64,000 nucleotides of DNA from Mobula hypostoma (GCF_963921235.1 NC_086097.1:227790001-227854000); one strand, 5' to 3'; shown: positions 1 to 12,959, counted from the stretch's first letter. Notes: generated by a model not told the origin, from the letters alone. A program made the numbers and translations.

Positions 1-290
1 CAGCTACTAGCGTGCCTACTTCATAATTGCATCAATATGTTGAGCCCAGGGTAGATCTTCAGAGATGTTGACACCCAGGGACTTGAAACTGCTCATGCTA
101 TCCGCTACTGACCCCTCAGATGAGGACTGCTGTGTGTTCCCTTGACTTCCCCTTCCTGAAGCCCACAGTCAATTCCCTGCTCTTACTGATGGTGAGCACA
201 AAGTTATTGTTGAGACACCACTCAACCAGCTGATCTATCTCACTTCTGTACGCCATCTCGTTGTCATCCGAGGTTCGGTCAACAAAACTG
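1..290 (-). mobile_element. Rex1/Babar-type LINE RT fragment (decayed)
   Basis: Minus strand reads DDNEMAYRSEIDQLVEWCLNNNFVLTISKSRELTVGFRKGK, matching the Rex-type RT region after the FADD motif; frameshifted. Confidence 0.75.
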
Positions 291-423
291 GGACCATTAT
301 CAGACTTTTGACCAGACCTCCCATGTGCTAAGTGATGAACTCCTGATCTCCCAATCTATCTGACTGTGGCACTTACACCTCACTTGCCTGCCTGCATGTA
401 AATAGGGATGTGGGTGAATGCAA

Positions 424-690
424 GCACCACAATAGCGTTGCAGTTAGCGTGACGCTATTACGGTTTGGGACGTTCCGGAGATTGCAGTTCAATTCCGGAG
501 CCGTCATTGTACGTCCTTCCCCTGAAATGCTTGGGTTTTCATCGGGTGTCCAGTTTCCTCCCACAGTCCAAAGACAAACCTGATAGGTTTGTAAATTGGC
601 TCATGATAGGATCAGGGTTCATCTCCGGTTTGATGCAGTTGCTAGCGTGGCATGGCTCGAAGGGTTAGAATCTGTGTTGTATCGCTAAAT
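424..690 (+). mobile_element. tRNA-derived V-SINE (HE1-like)
   Basis: A-box-like tagcgttgcagttagc, B-box gttcaattcc, V-domain ggtgtccagtttcctcccacagtccaaagac; the same body recurs at several loci in the window. Confidence 0.7.
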
Positions 691-1003
691 AACATAAGTA
701 AACAAGTGAGAATAGCTTTGATAGTCATCTTGGTCAACAAAGGCAAGTTGGGCCAATAGGCCTCTTTCCATGTTTCGTGACGCATGTATGGCAAATCTGT
801 CTAGATGGCACGCACAACGAAAGCTTTTCACTTTATATCTGCACAGGTAACAATAATAAACCAATACCACGTATCTTGGGTAAAATGTTAATTAACAGAC
901 TTAAAAGTAAGGCTTATAATGTTTAGTGAAAGTAAGAAGAGTTGTTAGTAATGCACTTTTAAGTCAACATGCAAAAATGTTGCCTTTTCAGTACAAATAG
1001 ACA

Positions 1004-1070
1004 CAGTACTGTCCAAAAGTCTTTGGCACATATAGAGAGTTAGGGTGTCTAAGAACTTTGCTCTGTACTG
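1004..1070. mobile_element. Tc1-type palindromic mini-MITE (related copies at 1410-1478 and 1575-1613)
   Basis: cagtactgtccaaaagtctttggcac...gtgtctaagaactttgctctgtactg followed by TA; imperfect inverted repeat. Confidence 0.6.
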
Positions 1071-1743
1071 TATTTGTCAACGTGGAGTGGAGAGTGAATT
1101 TGTAACTCTGGTGAGAGCAAAGGCTGTTGGGAGTCGCAAGGGTGGAGCACTGCGAAAGGGTGGGGGACAGATGGCAGAGAATACTTGATCCCAAATAATT
1201 GGTTATTGATCACTACAGAATATCTCGCTGATGTTTCCCTCTCCTTCCTCTCTCCCTTCCCCTTTTCCCAACCATGATTCCCCTCTCCCTGCCTCCTTCC
1301 CACTCTCGGTCCACAACAGAGACCCTATCAGAGTCAGTTTTACTATCACTCACATATGTCATGAAATTAGTCTTTTTTGTGGCCACAGTACTTTGCAATA
1401 AAGTTATTACAGTACTGTGTAAAAGTCTTAGGCATCCTAGTTTTACATATACTGTAATTAAGACTTATGCACTGTCCGCTTGAAGATGAGACAGAGATAG
1501 GGGTAAGGTATGACTGAGCATCATCAGCATATGCATTTTTTTGCTGCAGTACAGTGCAATGCGTGAAATTCATAGAGCACTGTGCAAAACTCTAGAATTT
1601 TTGCACAGCACCGTATTTTGAAGTCGTACACAGAAACAGATACCTGTAATTACTCATTACATATAAGTAAAATAGTCCAACAAATACCAGGTTGGAGTTT
1701 AAATAGTGCTGTCTAGTGGAGGTGGCAGGTGCAATGTAATGTA

Positions 1744-2286
1744 CACCCTGTGGCCACATTATTAGACACCTCCCGTATCTAATAAAGTGGCCATTGACTG
1801 TATGTCTGTGATCTTCTCCTGCTGTAGCCCATCCACTTCAACGTTCAGAGATGTTCTTCTGCACATCGCTGATGTAAAGTGTAGTTATCTGAGTTACTGC
1901 TAACTTCCAGTCAGCTTGAATCAGTCTGCCCATTCTCCTCTCACCTCTCTCATTAGTGCACAGAACTTCCACTCAGTCGATGTTTCTTTTTTATTTTTCA
2001 CACCACTTTCTGTAAACACTAAAGACAGCTGTGTGTGAAAATCCCAGGAGATCAGCAGTTTCTGAGTTACTCAAACCACCCTGTCTGGCACCAACAATCA
2101 TCTTACAGTCAAAGTCACTTAGGTCTCATTTTTCCCCATTCTGATGTTTGGTCTGAACAACAACATGACCTCTTGTCCATGTCTGCATGCTTTTATGCGT
2201 TGAGTTGTTGCCATATGATTAGCTAGTTAGATATTTCCATTAACGAACTGGTGTACAGGTGTACCTAATAAATTGGCCACTGAATA
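1744..2286 (-). mobile_element. Non-autonomous Tc1 element (TIR cactcagtggccactttattagg)
   Basis: TIRs at both ends with TA flanks; internal remnant of the Tc1 transposase N-terminus; six related copies in the window. Confidence 0.8.
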
Positions 2287-3720
2287 TATAATCCAGTGTT
2301 CATACTAATTACTTAAACCTTCCCACCTTTACCTTGTATTTTTACCCAAAAATAATATGAGAGTTCCATACCTTCCAATTTCCTGAAGGTGCATTCCATA
2401 TCTCTGTGTCAAAGTTCTGCTAGTTAAACTATTTAAAAACAATCTGAAAAGAAATATGTGATGTGTGTTTTCTCTAATTTGCATAAAGTCAAGATATACT
2501 TAAAATAAACTGAGTACAAACAAAAGAAATATTTGACTGTGTTAGAAAGGCAATTATAAAAAAAGCATAAATGGAACTTAGACATTTCCAAAAACATTAT
2601 CATAATTTAAGAATATTAAAAAGATCATTTCTGACATTTCATCGTGTAACTGGTTCTCATGAAAAGTACATACCTTGAACTAAAGTGTATTCTTTACAGA
2701 TGCCATCAGAGCTGTTATATCTTTTGAGCACTTTCTGTTTTTATTTTATGCTTTTGTATTAGTTTGGAGCCCAGCACTCTGTGCCCTGCTCAGTTTGTTG
2801 TCCGATACCATTAAATGCAAATAGATCACGTCAGGGCAGTTGAATGAACTGTCAACCTATTTTGACATATGCATCATCCCTGTTGCATAGAGAAATAAAA
2901 TGGAGTCACGCCCTGGAATATACTGGGGAATAGACTGGATGTCAATGCAGTCTATTAGAAAATGCTTCATTGATTGCCTGGAATGCCTAAGGCATTCCCT
3001 GGGTGTAGTTTGGCCAATTGATCAGGTGCTTAGCATTGTTAATTGATAAATAAGATTGGGGTTGTAGCCAATGAGGTAGAAGTAGACTTAATACATTTTT
3101 TTCAACTGCATTGTAAATTAAACTTTCTTCAGATAAATACTAGGTTTCATAGCACAATATATTTTATCCCATGTGTTTACTGAAGGAAGACCACAACACC
3201 AATGGTCACAGATGGCCCACATTATCAGAACAAATGCAATAAACCTGTACTCTTCTTTCCTTCGTCTCCTTGTTATAATAAACTTCCTGGCTGGAAGCAT
3301 AAAATTCAAGAGAAGAATTTAAATAGTAATGCCGAAACTCCGTGCGTGAATACAGAATACAAGCTGAAACAAATTATGTAGTTGTTCTCCAGAAAGATTC
3401 ATTACATTCATGGCTACAATGATATTTAATGAACAGATTAGTATAATCATAGATTTTTTAAATTATTCTTTGTTCATTTTCTTAATAAGTAATGCTTTCC
3501 TTTGGACCTACTCATTAGCCTTCCAACGACACTTTTAAAATTTGACAAAAGCTTAATTTTCAGTGACAGATTGTAATACATCATGAATTCACTTCAGTTC
3601 AATGATAGGAAACTTAATTTATAGCTGCCTGCTTTTATCAATGGTACAACCAGGAGAAACCCCCTATGTATTATATCACTATCTGACACATTCAAACTGA
3701 GTTAAAAGTGTGTCAACTCT

Positions 3721-3867
3721 ATGCAACACACATAAAAATTGCTGGTGCACGCAGCAGGTCAGGTAGCATCTATAGGAAGAGGTACAGTTGACGTTTCGGA
3801 CTGAGACCCTTCATCAGGACTAACTGAAAGAAGAGATATACTGTTTTTGACCTAGTTTTCTGTAGTC
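3721..3867 (-). mobile_element. Short Penelope terminal-repeat insertion carrying a hammerhead motif
   Basis: TSD tgtcaactct at 3711-3720 and 3868-3877; sequence matches the 3' end of the Penelope copies. Confidence 0.75.
3785..3826 (-). ncRNA. Minimal hammerhead ribozyme motif (Penelope-type)
   Basis: Reverse complement cagttagtc CTGATGA agggtctcagtcc GAAA cgtc aactg. Confidence 0.55.
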
Positions 3868-4132
3868 TGTCAACTCTGGGTACAAACGCAAGGTAAGGAA
3901 ATTGCTTCACATGTGGAGCCTTGGATAAACTCATACAGCATAATGATTTGGTTTGAGCACCACACCTTAGGAAAAAATATATTGAGTTTGGAATGGATAT
4001 GGATAGATTCATTAAAATCAAAGGCATAGAATATTATATTAGGAGGAAAGATTGTATATCATTTCCCGGTGAGAGGGTGGTGCACTCAGATGCAATAGTC
4101 ACACTGGGCCCAATCAAAGGTATATTTATTCA

Positions 4133-4262
4133 GCGGTCCTGCTGAAAAGTTTTGGCCCAAAATGTCGACTGTTCTTTTTTCCATAGATGGTGCCTGGCCT
4201 GCTGAGTTCCTCCAGCATTTTGTGTGTGTTGCTTGCATTTCCAGCAACTGCAGATTTTCTCT
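4133..4262 (+). mobile_element. Short Penelope terminal-repeat insertion (degenerate hammerhead)
   Basis: gtcctgctgaaaagttttggcccaaaatgtcgactg...gatggtgcctggcctgctgagttcctccagc; TSD-like tattt(a/g)ttca at 4123-4132 and 4263-4272. Confidence 0.65.
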
Positions 4263-4564
4263 TATTTGTTCATCTTGTATACCTTTTTTACGATACATCA
4301 AATACTGCAGGACTATCCCATCACAGAGTTGCTCGATAGCGATGGAGCTGGTCTTATTGCATACCGTTGCTGTGTTGTCATCTGGTCTTGCAGACTATTG
4401 GATGATGTGCATTCTAGAAGAAGGTGTGAGTGATTTTCTTGTGATTGTACGACCCTGTTGGGCATTGATAACCAACCTTCCCTCTATTTTATTTTACAGT
4501 TGCACGGCCTTACATTTTTATATGGCCAGAAAGCTGTGTGGCACTTTAAATGTGTTTATTTTTT

Positions 4565-5270
4565 GTGATCAGAATCAGGTTTAATATCAGCAGCATATGT
4601 CGTGAAATTTTGCTGAAGAATCTCAGTCTGAAACGTCAACTGTTTACTCTTTTCCATAGATGCTGCCTGGCCTGCTGAGTTCCTCCATCATTTTGTGTTT
4701 GTTGCTCAGATTTCCAGTATCTGCAAATTCTCTTGTTTGTGTCATGAAATTTATTGTTTTTGCAGTAGCAGTGCAATGCAATACATAATAATAGAAAAAA
4801 TGTGAATACAGTATATGTAATAATAAAATTAAGTAATGCAAAAATAAAAATAAAAAAGTAGTGAGGTGGTGTTCATGGGTTCAATATCCCTTCAGAAATT
4901 GGATGGCAGAGAGGAAGAAGCTGTTCCTGAATCATTGAGTGTGTGCTTTCAGGCTTCTGTACCTTCTTCCTGATGGTAGCAATGAGAAGAGAGCATGTCC
5001 TGGGTGATGGGGGTCCTTAATGATTGTTGCCGCATTTTTGAGGCATTGCTCCTTGAAGATATCCTGGATGCTACGGAGACTAGTGTCCATTATGGAGCTG
5101 ACTAAGTTTACAACTCTCTGCACCTTATTTCAATCCTGTGCAATAGCCCATCCCCACCCCCATCCCCCACCCCCCATAACCAGACAGTGATACAGGCAGT
5201 TGGAATGCTCTCCACGGTACATTTGTGGAGAATTGTGAGAGCCTTTGGTGACATACCAAACCGCCTCAAA
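4565..5270 (-). mobile_element. Rex1/Babar LINE 3' end, interrupted at 4611-4739 by a short Penelope unit
   Basis: ORF 4932-5123 IIKDPHHPGHALFSLLPSGRRYRSLK is the typical Rex C-terminus; TSD tgtc(g/a)tgaaattt at 4598-4610 and 4740-4752 flanks the insert. Confidence 0.8.
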
Positions 5271-6306
5271 CTCGGTTTATTAACAATGAGCTACCAACTT
5301 CCATTCTGTGTTTATTGTTACAATTTGTAACAGTGTTGTAACTTGAAACACTGACAATGTATATATGTTGAAGCTATAAAATGTTTCAAAGTAAAGGTTG
5401 TGGTACGATTATTATATAGAAAATTTATGGATTATATTCATGAACACATAATTAGTTACAGGCCACTTCACAATTATATTAACATAGGTTTCAAAATTAT
5501 ATTAACATTATATAAAAGATAAATCCAGCTGTATGGCTACATGCGCAGGAGCATTTCAGTTACTGCATGGCTGCACACACGTGCAGCTTAGAGGGAACAC
5601 TGTTAGTAATGTAGAACATTGCAAGTCCAGTTCAAGGATTCATTGGCGAGACTGACGACAAGACGGCTGCATTGCCTTGGTTGTGGCAAGAACTAAGCCT
5701 AGACCGCAGGGTTGCCTGTTGCAGTGGCCCAAGAAAGGAGGTGCTGAGGTGGGGTGGGAGAGGCCTCCGTGGGCACGTTGGAATCCAGTCTGGGTTGGGC
5801 TGGCCTCTCCTGTCCATCTTTCTCTCCAGCATTCGCTCTGTGCTGCCTCCCGGTGCTCACTCAGTGCTCGCCTCCAGTGTTCGCTCGGTGAAAGAACAAA
5901 CTGGACACGGAGGTATTTGGGCTATATAAATATTTTTCTTTGTGACTGTGTTTTATTTCTAAAATCGTACCCATCTGTGCTATGTTTTGCTATGTGCTTT
6001 GTGCAGTGTGTTGTATGCTGTTGGTAATCTGTTTTGCACCTTGGCCTTGGAAGAACACAGTTTCATTTGGCTGTTGTGACTGTGATCAAAGTCATTGGTG
6101 AGACACTGAGGCCAGTGATATAGAAGTCTTTATTCAGCACAACAAGCACAGGTTCTCATGGAGACACTCTCAGTAAGAAGCTCCTAGTCCCAAAGGTACA
6201 TCACATTTTATACCTTTAAGATCAAAGCTGATACAACACAATTTTAATAGTTAGAAAAAGTTTCCTTTAATATTTTGGTCTGACAATGCATCCTTTGAAT
6301 TACATA

Positions 6307-7729
6307 CAGTACTGTGTGAAACTTTTTGGTACCCAAGGTTTTCTATATAATTTTTATTTTTTTTTAATCATCTGCATTATTGTGTCGATAGAAAAAAGCA
6401 CATTTAGATTTCCAAACATTCATTTCCCAAAAAATTAAATATTACAGATAAATGTTTGTATTTCATTAAAGAAAGTAACATATTAAGTAATAGACCACTT
6501 TTCTAATAAAAACTTAATTTACTTTATAAGTTTATAGCCCAATGCATGATTAAGCAAAGATAATAAACAGATGCCATTATCAATGACATAATCAATGACA
6601 TAATGAGTTCAATGAACTGAACTGATTAACTGGAACAAAAATGGGTGCAGAAGGAATCAAACTGGGTGAAGGACAACCAAACTAAAAGGTGAGTGTGTGA
6701 CAGATGTGACAGTTTAACCTTCAAATCATCAGTTTTTACACCATGGCAAGAGTGAGCATGGCAGCAAGACACAAGGTGGCCATCCTGCATCAGCAAGGTT
6801 TCTCCCACTCTCCCAAGCAGAAATTTCACTGCCGACAGGAGATTCAAGATGACCTGTTCAAGCTCTTTTGAAGAAGCACAAAGAAATGGGTATAATTAAA
6901 ACACAGTGGTCAACCACGGAAAGTAAGTGCAGCAGAGAAGAGATACATCAAACTGAATACCTTTCTAAATCAGAATAAGTTCAACACTGCTATCATCTCT
7001 GAATTTACAGAAACTATTAGAACCCAAGTACACCACTATACAATCCAGAGAAGTCTTGTCAGAAGAGGTCTTCATTAAAGAGTTGCTGTCAAAATGCCAT
7101 TCCTCCAAGTAGAAACAAAGCCAAGACACTCACCTATGCTAAAAACAAGCACAAGGACTAGGGTGCTGAACAATGGCAACAAGTGCTCTGGACTGGTGAG
7201 ACAAAATTTGAAATGTTTGGCTCAAACAGGAGGCAGTTTGTAGAGCGCTGTATGGATAAGTATCTACAGCCAACAGTGAAGCATGGCGGAGGTTCCCTGC
7301 AGGTTTGGGGTTGCAACTCTGCAAATAGAGTTGTTGATCTGGTCAGAACTACTGAAATCCTCAATGCTGAGAAGTAAAAGCAGACTCTCGCCTATCATGC
7401 GATACCATCAGGGAGGTGTCTGATCAATCCATCTTCATTCTACAGCAGGAGAATGTCCTCAAACACAAGGCCATAAAGAACTTTCTTCAGTGAAAAGAAG
7501 AACAAGAAGTTCTGCAACTAAGAGCCCTGATCTCAACATCATCAAGGCTGTCCGGGGTTACCTGGTGAGACAGAAGCAAATGAGACAGCCAAAGTCTGTA
7601 GAACTGTGGTAAGTTCTCCAAGATGCTTGGAGCAACCTACCGGACAATTTTTTGATAAAACTGCACAACAGTGTACCTAAGAGAATGGATGAAGTTTTAA
7701 AAGCAAAGGTTGGTCATAGCAAATATTGA
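6307..7729 (+). mobile_element. Tc1/mariner transposon with dead transposase (about 6743-7729); right TIR not seen
   Basis: TA+cagtactgtg terminus; MARVSMAARHKVAILHQQG start, VLWTGETKF, PTVKHGGGSLQVWGC, LQQENVLKH, SPDLNIIK, GHSKY* end; all three DDE residues appear substituted, with frameshifts. Confidence 0.85.
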
Positions 7730-9068
7730 CGCTGTGATCTTCTTCTGCCACCTTCGTCTCTGCGCCTACTTCTTTGGCAAGGACTCTCCAGCTTGCACCG
7801 ATGACCCCTTCTCCCATAACCCTCCTTCTCGTCTTGGATATCTCATTCCGGTCTTCAGCCTGCTTTGGATCTTTTCATTGGTAACTGCCGATGAGACATC
7901 AACCGTCTCTACTTCACCACTCCTCTGTCTAATTCTAACCTCACTCCTTCCGAATTCACTACTCTCCACTCTCTCTGCACTAATCCTAACCTCATCATCA
8001 AACCCGCAGCTAAGTTGGGGGTGGGGGGGTGCTGCAGTAGTCTGGTGGGCTGACCTCTACCTTGCTGAGGCCTGGCAACAACTCTCAGACACCTCCTCTT
8101 ACTGACCCCTCGAACATGACCCCACTAAGGAGCACCAGGCCATTGTCTCCCATACCATCACTAACTCTGGGGATCTCCCATCCAATACCACCCACCTCAT
8201 TGTTCCCGAACACTGCTCCACCCACTTCTATTTTCTAACCAAGTTCCACAAACTTGCCTGTCAGGTAGACTCATTGTTTCTGCTTGTTCATGCCCCACCA
8301 AACTTATATCTGCATACCTCGACTTAGTTTTATCCCCCCGGTTCAGTGTCTCTCCTACCTGCATCTGTGACACTTCATATGCTCTTGATCTTTTAAATGA
8401 TTTCAAGTTCCCTAGCCTCGATCGTTTTACTTCCACAATGGATGTCCTGTTCCTATACACCTCCATCCCCCACCAGGAAGACTGCAAAACTCTCTACTTC
8501 TTTCTGGACATCTGACCCAACCAGTTCCCCTCTTCCACCACTCTCCTTTGTCTGGCAGAACTGATCCTCACTCTTAATAATTCCCCCTTTGGCTCCTCCC
8601 ACTTCCTTTAAACAAAAGGTGTAGCCAATGGCAGGCACATGGGTCCCAGCTATGTCTGCATTTTTGTCAGCGATGTGGAACTGTCCATGTTCCAAGCCTA
8701 CATTAGTTTCACTCCCCAACTTTTCCAATGCTACATCAACGACTGCATTGGTATGCTTTCTGCGCCCATGTCGAACTCATTGACTTCATTAACTTTGCTT
8801 CAACTTCCACCCTGCCCTCCAATTTAACTGGTCCATTTCCAACACCTACCTCCCCTTTTTCAGTCTCACTGTATCTCTGGAGACAGCTACCGATGTCTAT
8901 CACAAACCCATGGACTCTCACAGCTACCTGGACTACACCTCTTCCTACCCTGTTACTTGTAAAAACGCCATCCCCTTCTCTCCAACATATCTGCTCTCTT
9001 TTCATTCCAGAACTAAGGAGATGTCCTCCTTCTTCAAAGAAACGGGCTTCCCTTCCTCCACCATCAAC
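7730..9068 (+). mobile_element. Penelope-like element reverse transcriptase region (decayed)
   Basis: IIKPA..GGAAVVWWADLYLAEAWQQLSDTSSY, TMDVLFLYTSIPH, MGPSYVCIFV, CYINDCIG, DSHSYLDYTSSYP are PLE RT motifs; many frameshifts. Confidence 0.85.
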
Positions 9069-9069
9069 G

Positions 9070-10060
9070 CAGACCCAGGCTCTGGCCATCGGACCTGAAC
9101 TTCTAGAATTGTGATCAGCCTTCTGGTTTCGATCCAGATCTCCAATCGACTTTGGGCTTTGAAACACTTTGCACAAACTGGAGTTCAAATCTGGAAATTG
9201 CTCCATGAAGCAAATTGTTGTGAACTATCACCGCAGGCAGTGAGGAGGCACTGGAGGCGAGGCTGGTTCGGGGGGTTGAGCCACACTGGGGTATTGTGAG
9301 GTGCAACATGTTCGAGCTGCCAGGTTCACTTGGAGGTATCACTGCCTGCAATGGAGTGAGCATTTTGGAGAGGAGTCGAAGCAGAAGAGTTTTGATGGCC
9401 GTCCACCTTACCTGGGTGTGAGGTTAGGTTACTCCAAGCGCCAAGCCGATTTGGGGAGATCCAGAATGGCTTAGGTGGGGTGGGGGCAGTCCACGCATAT
9501 CGAGACATCTGGATTCGAGTCCAGGAATGTGGCACTACCCGCTACTTGGACGATTTAACTGTTGGCCCACATAGACTGGAGGACTGGAGGCCCGAGTGTC
9601 AGATATGGAGGCCAGGACTGGGCTGATTTTACTCACTCTTCCGCGAGTGTTCATTCCTTTATTCTCAGCAACGAGGCTGTGAATTGTCATGGCTGCTGAG
9701 CGATCCTGCCCGGCTGGTGTGAAAACTGGGGACCGAGGATTGGGCCTCCTCCAGCTGCGCCGGGAGCGGATCTGGGACTTAGTCTGGTTGGGATACTGTT
9801 GGCCTGGATTCTACCATTTGCACAGTGTGCGTGTGTTTTTTTCTCTCTCAAAGTTCAAAGTACATTTTATTATCAAAGTATATATGCATTACACAACCAT
9901 TAGGTTTGGCTCCTAGCAGGCAGCTGCACAGTGGTTTTTAATTTTTCTACTTTTTTTAATCGTGTTATTCAATTTTCTTGCTTTGTGGCTGCCTATAAGC
10001 AGGCAAATTTCAAGGTGCATAATTTATACATTCTTTGATAATAATGTGCTTTGAATCTTC
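9070..10060 (+). mobile_element. Unclassified non-coding retroelement with Rex-like 3' tail
   Basis: GC-rich body ending ctttgataataatgtgctttgaatc, similar to tails at ~33640 and ~56540. Confidence 0.4.
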
Positions 10061-10367
10061 GGAACATCAGTAACTAATTTTACCAAGGCTGACAGGAACT
10101 AGTCTGGAAGTCACTGATCTAACCGGCTGAGCATTCTCAGGCTTGGTAATGTTTGTATGGGGAAACTCCTAGGAGTACCAATGCAGTTTGTTGGAAAGGA
10201 AAGGGTGCTGCTCGGTCACTTTGATTAAAAAAAACTCCTAAGGTGCCAAACATGGTGAAACATCTAAGATCAAAGATGACTTTGACATTTGAAGATTATG
10301 ACGTGTCAGTGAGGTTCTTGTATGGATCAGCTGTATGGTTGAAAAGCTTAAGGAATTGAGCTAAGAC

Positions 10368-10625
10368 AGTAAGATATAGGAGCAGAATTAAGCCATTTAG
10401 CCCATCGAGTCTGCTCTGCCATTTCATCATGGCTGATCCAATTTTCCTCTCAGCTCCAATCTCCTGCCTTCTCCCCATATCCCTTCATGCCCTGACCAAT
10501 CAAGAATCTATCAACCTCTGCCTGAAATATATATAAAGACTTGGCCTCCATAGCTGCCTGTGGCAAAGAATTCACTACACTCTGGCTAAAGAAATTCCTT
10601 CTCATCTCCGTTCTAAAAGAACAGC
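10368..10625 (-). mobile_element. CR1 LINE 3' end
   Basis: FRTEMRRNFFSQSVVNSLPQAAMEA...FQAEVDRFLIGQGMKGY plus CR1 3' UTR. Confidence 0.8.
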
Positions 10626-12959
10626 CCTCAGCTTCTTCCCCTCCACCATTCAATTTCTAAATGGAAATGGAACCCATGAATACTACCTGAATATTATTTC
10701 TGTTTTTTTGCATTACTTATTTTAACTTAGCTGTTTAATAGACATATATATACTTCCTGTAACTCAGTTTGTTTTCTCTATATTTATTTGTCATGTATTT
10801 CACTGTACTGCTGCTGTAAAGTTAACAAATTTCACGACCTGTGCCAGTGATATTAAATGTGATTCTGATTCCAAATTGAATCACCTTCCTGTGACCGATC
10901 CATATTCTTGTAGCACTGTAATAGAATTGAGGCTGCTTTTTGACTGTGAGTAAGAAAATATAAAAGGTTGCTAAGGGAATGCAACTCCTGTGAATCTCTG
11001 TCCTTCCAGATCTTCTTTAAGTGGAACAGGTAAAGATATAGTGAGGGGAACAGCAACAATATCCTAATAATAGATACTGGCTGCGGAAAAGGCTTTTCAT
11101 ATCATACTACCTTACTTGGTCTCTCCAGAAACTGTAATGGAAGCAGCAATGCAATAATAATATACAGTCGGATTAAGTACTGCTGCTTCGGCCCTGCTGG
11201 TAGCACCAAAAAACAGCATACCATCTGACTGCGTTGCTAATGCCTCCCTCCACAGGAAATAGTAGGAATCAGAGAAACATCATTGAGGCTGTCCTGCAAA
11301 GAATCCACCACAATTCCTGCTGGACAGGAACTCTGAGTGTTTAAATCAAGAAAATCTCTATTAAGTGCATTACTTTTAATAATATAATGAATAATAAATG
11401 TAATAATAATTATATTCTTACTTTTAATAATATAATGAATCAATCTTATGTCAATTAACCAATGTTAATTTTTTTCATATTTTCGCATAATATTATTTTA
11501 CAATTTTCCATAAGCACCCAATGATATTAATTCAACATGGTGTCTTGAACATCTTTTTCTTGGTAGCTCAACAAAGACTACTTAATAACTTAAGCAATGC
11601 TTGGACAAATTTGAGGACAATTTAAGAGTCCACTTAAAATTGGGAACATACAAACAGTTAAAGGTTCCAAAAGATTCAGGAAGTAGCACGTGTGTGTATT
11701 AAAGCCAGCTTGCCATTTCAATGATGGATGCATCCAGATCATTATTTTTAATTTTAATTAAGTTTATTCCTGGATATTCAAAATTAAAATAGTTGATGAA
11801 ATATCAAGTGTATATATACTGTAGTATATTCCACAGAGTTGTAAGTTAAAACACAAGGGTTTTTTTATTGATACCTTTTATTATTCTTTTATGATGTATT
11901 CTCCAGTTTTAATATAGCTCTCTCATCTCTGCACCAATCATTACTTTAGCTCACGATCAGTTATGAAAAGGCAATTATTGAGGTAAATATATGTTACATG
12001 CTATTGTCTGGTAATTGCTGCAAATTCTATTGCACATTTAACACTTTTAAATATTTCTGTAATGCAATTTCATCTGGTGAGATTCACAATAGTGGAGTTT
12101 GCAAATAGAAAAAAATGCAAAATACCAAAATCATTGTAAGATCACAAAGCTGGATTCAGAAAAAAAAAGAGAAATTGGAACATAATCAAGTCCATTTGTC
12201 TTCTTTTTGCGGATTTCATGGTTATTGCTGCTAAATGGGAGCATCTTGGTAGATTACAAATCAGTACAATCAAGGAATTAGATTTGTTGATCTTATTGTA
12301 CAAACACTTATCATGCTTGTGCCAAGTTCCTCTCCCTTATGCTTGAAAGTGTATTGAATAAATCCATTGTTAAATTAGTGGAGAAGGAAATTCAATATGT
12401 GTGTACTAAGGGCCCATAGACTAACATTATTGACAGTACACTGATAACTCTAAGATTATGTAAGTCAATATCAAGCCTAGAAGGACCAACTGTTGTGGCA
12501 TTGCTGTCTAACTGCATGTAATGTGTAGATTTGTAGTTCTGTAACTGAAGTGGATAACAGCAACAATATCCCAATTCCTTAGATTTGTTACAGTAATAAA
12601 CTACTGGAGTCCAGGCTAATTCTGGAAACATTGAGAATAATGAAAAGAATATGTGCTATTGAATTACATTAATTGCTCTCATGAGGATTTAATTTAAGAT
12701 CAAGGACAGTGTATTCTACCCCTTGGGGATTTTTCTATATGATCCCAAGATTTGTCCTAAATCCCTAACATTTTGAGATTAACTAGTAGCACATTCTTCA
12801 TTGATTTTGGTAGTCTTCAACTGTCATGTATTTGGAGTTTACTTCAATCTCCTTAACCTGTAAAGGGAATCTACTTCATTTATTTCTAAACCAATAAGAA
12901 AAACAACAAATTAATATTACATGTTCAGTTCTGTTGTTTGGTTCTGGTTGGCTCATTAT

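Noticed and set aside
3245..3290. Minus-strand 42-nt exon candidate EVYYNKETKERRVQ
   Set aside because: Plausible acceptor but weak donor (gtttat); no recognisable protein and no partner exons
5530..5602. hAT-like terminus (cagtgttccctctaagctg on the minus strand); also cagggtttcccaacc at 49323
   Set aside because: Only one end visible and no TSD, so element boundaries cannot be supported
11256..11336. Peptide containing SLRLSC resembling an immunoglobulin V framework
   Set aside because: No following Trp/YYC motifs, early stop, no RSS; chance match
11371..11440. 22-bp direct repeat tacttttaataatataatgaat
   Set aside because: AT-rich local slippage duplication with no sign of function
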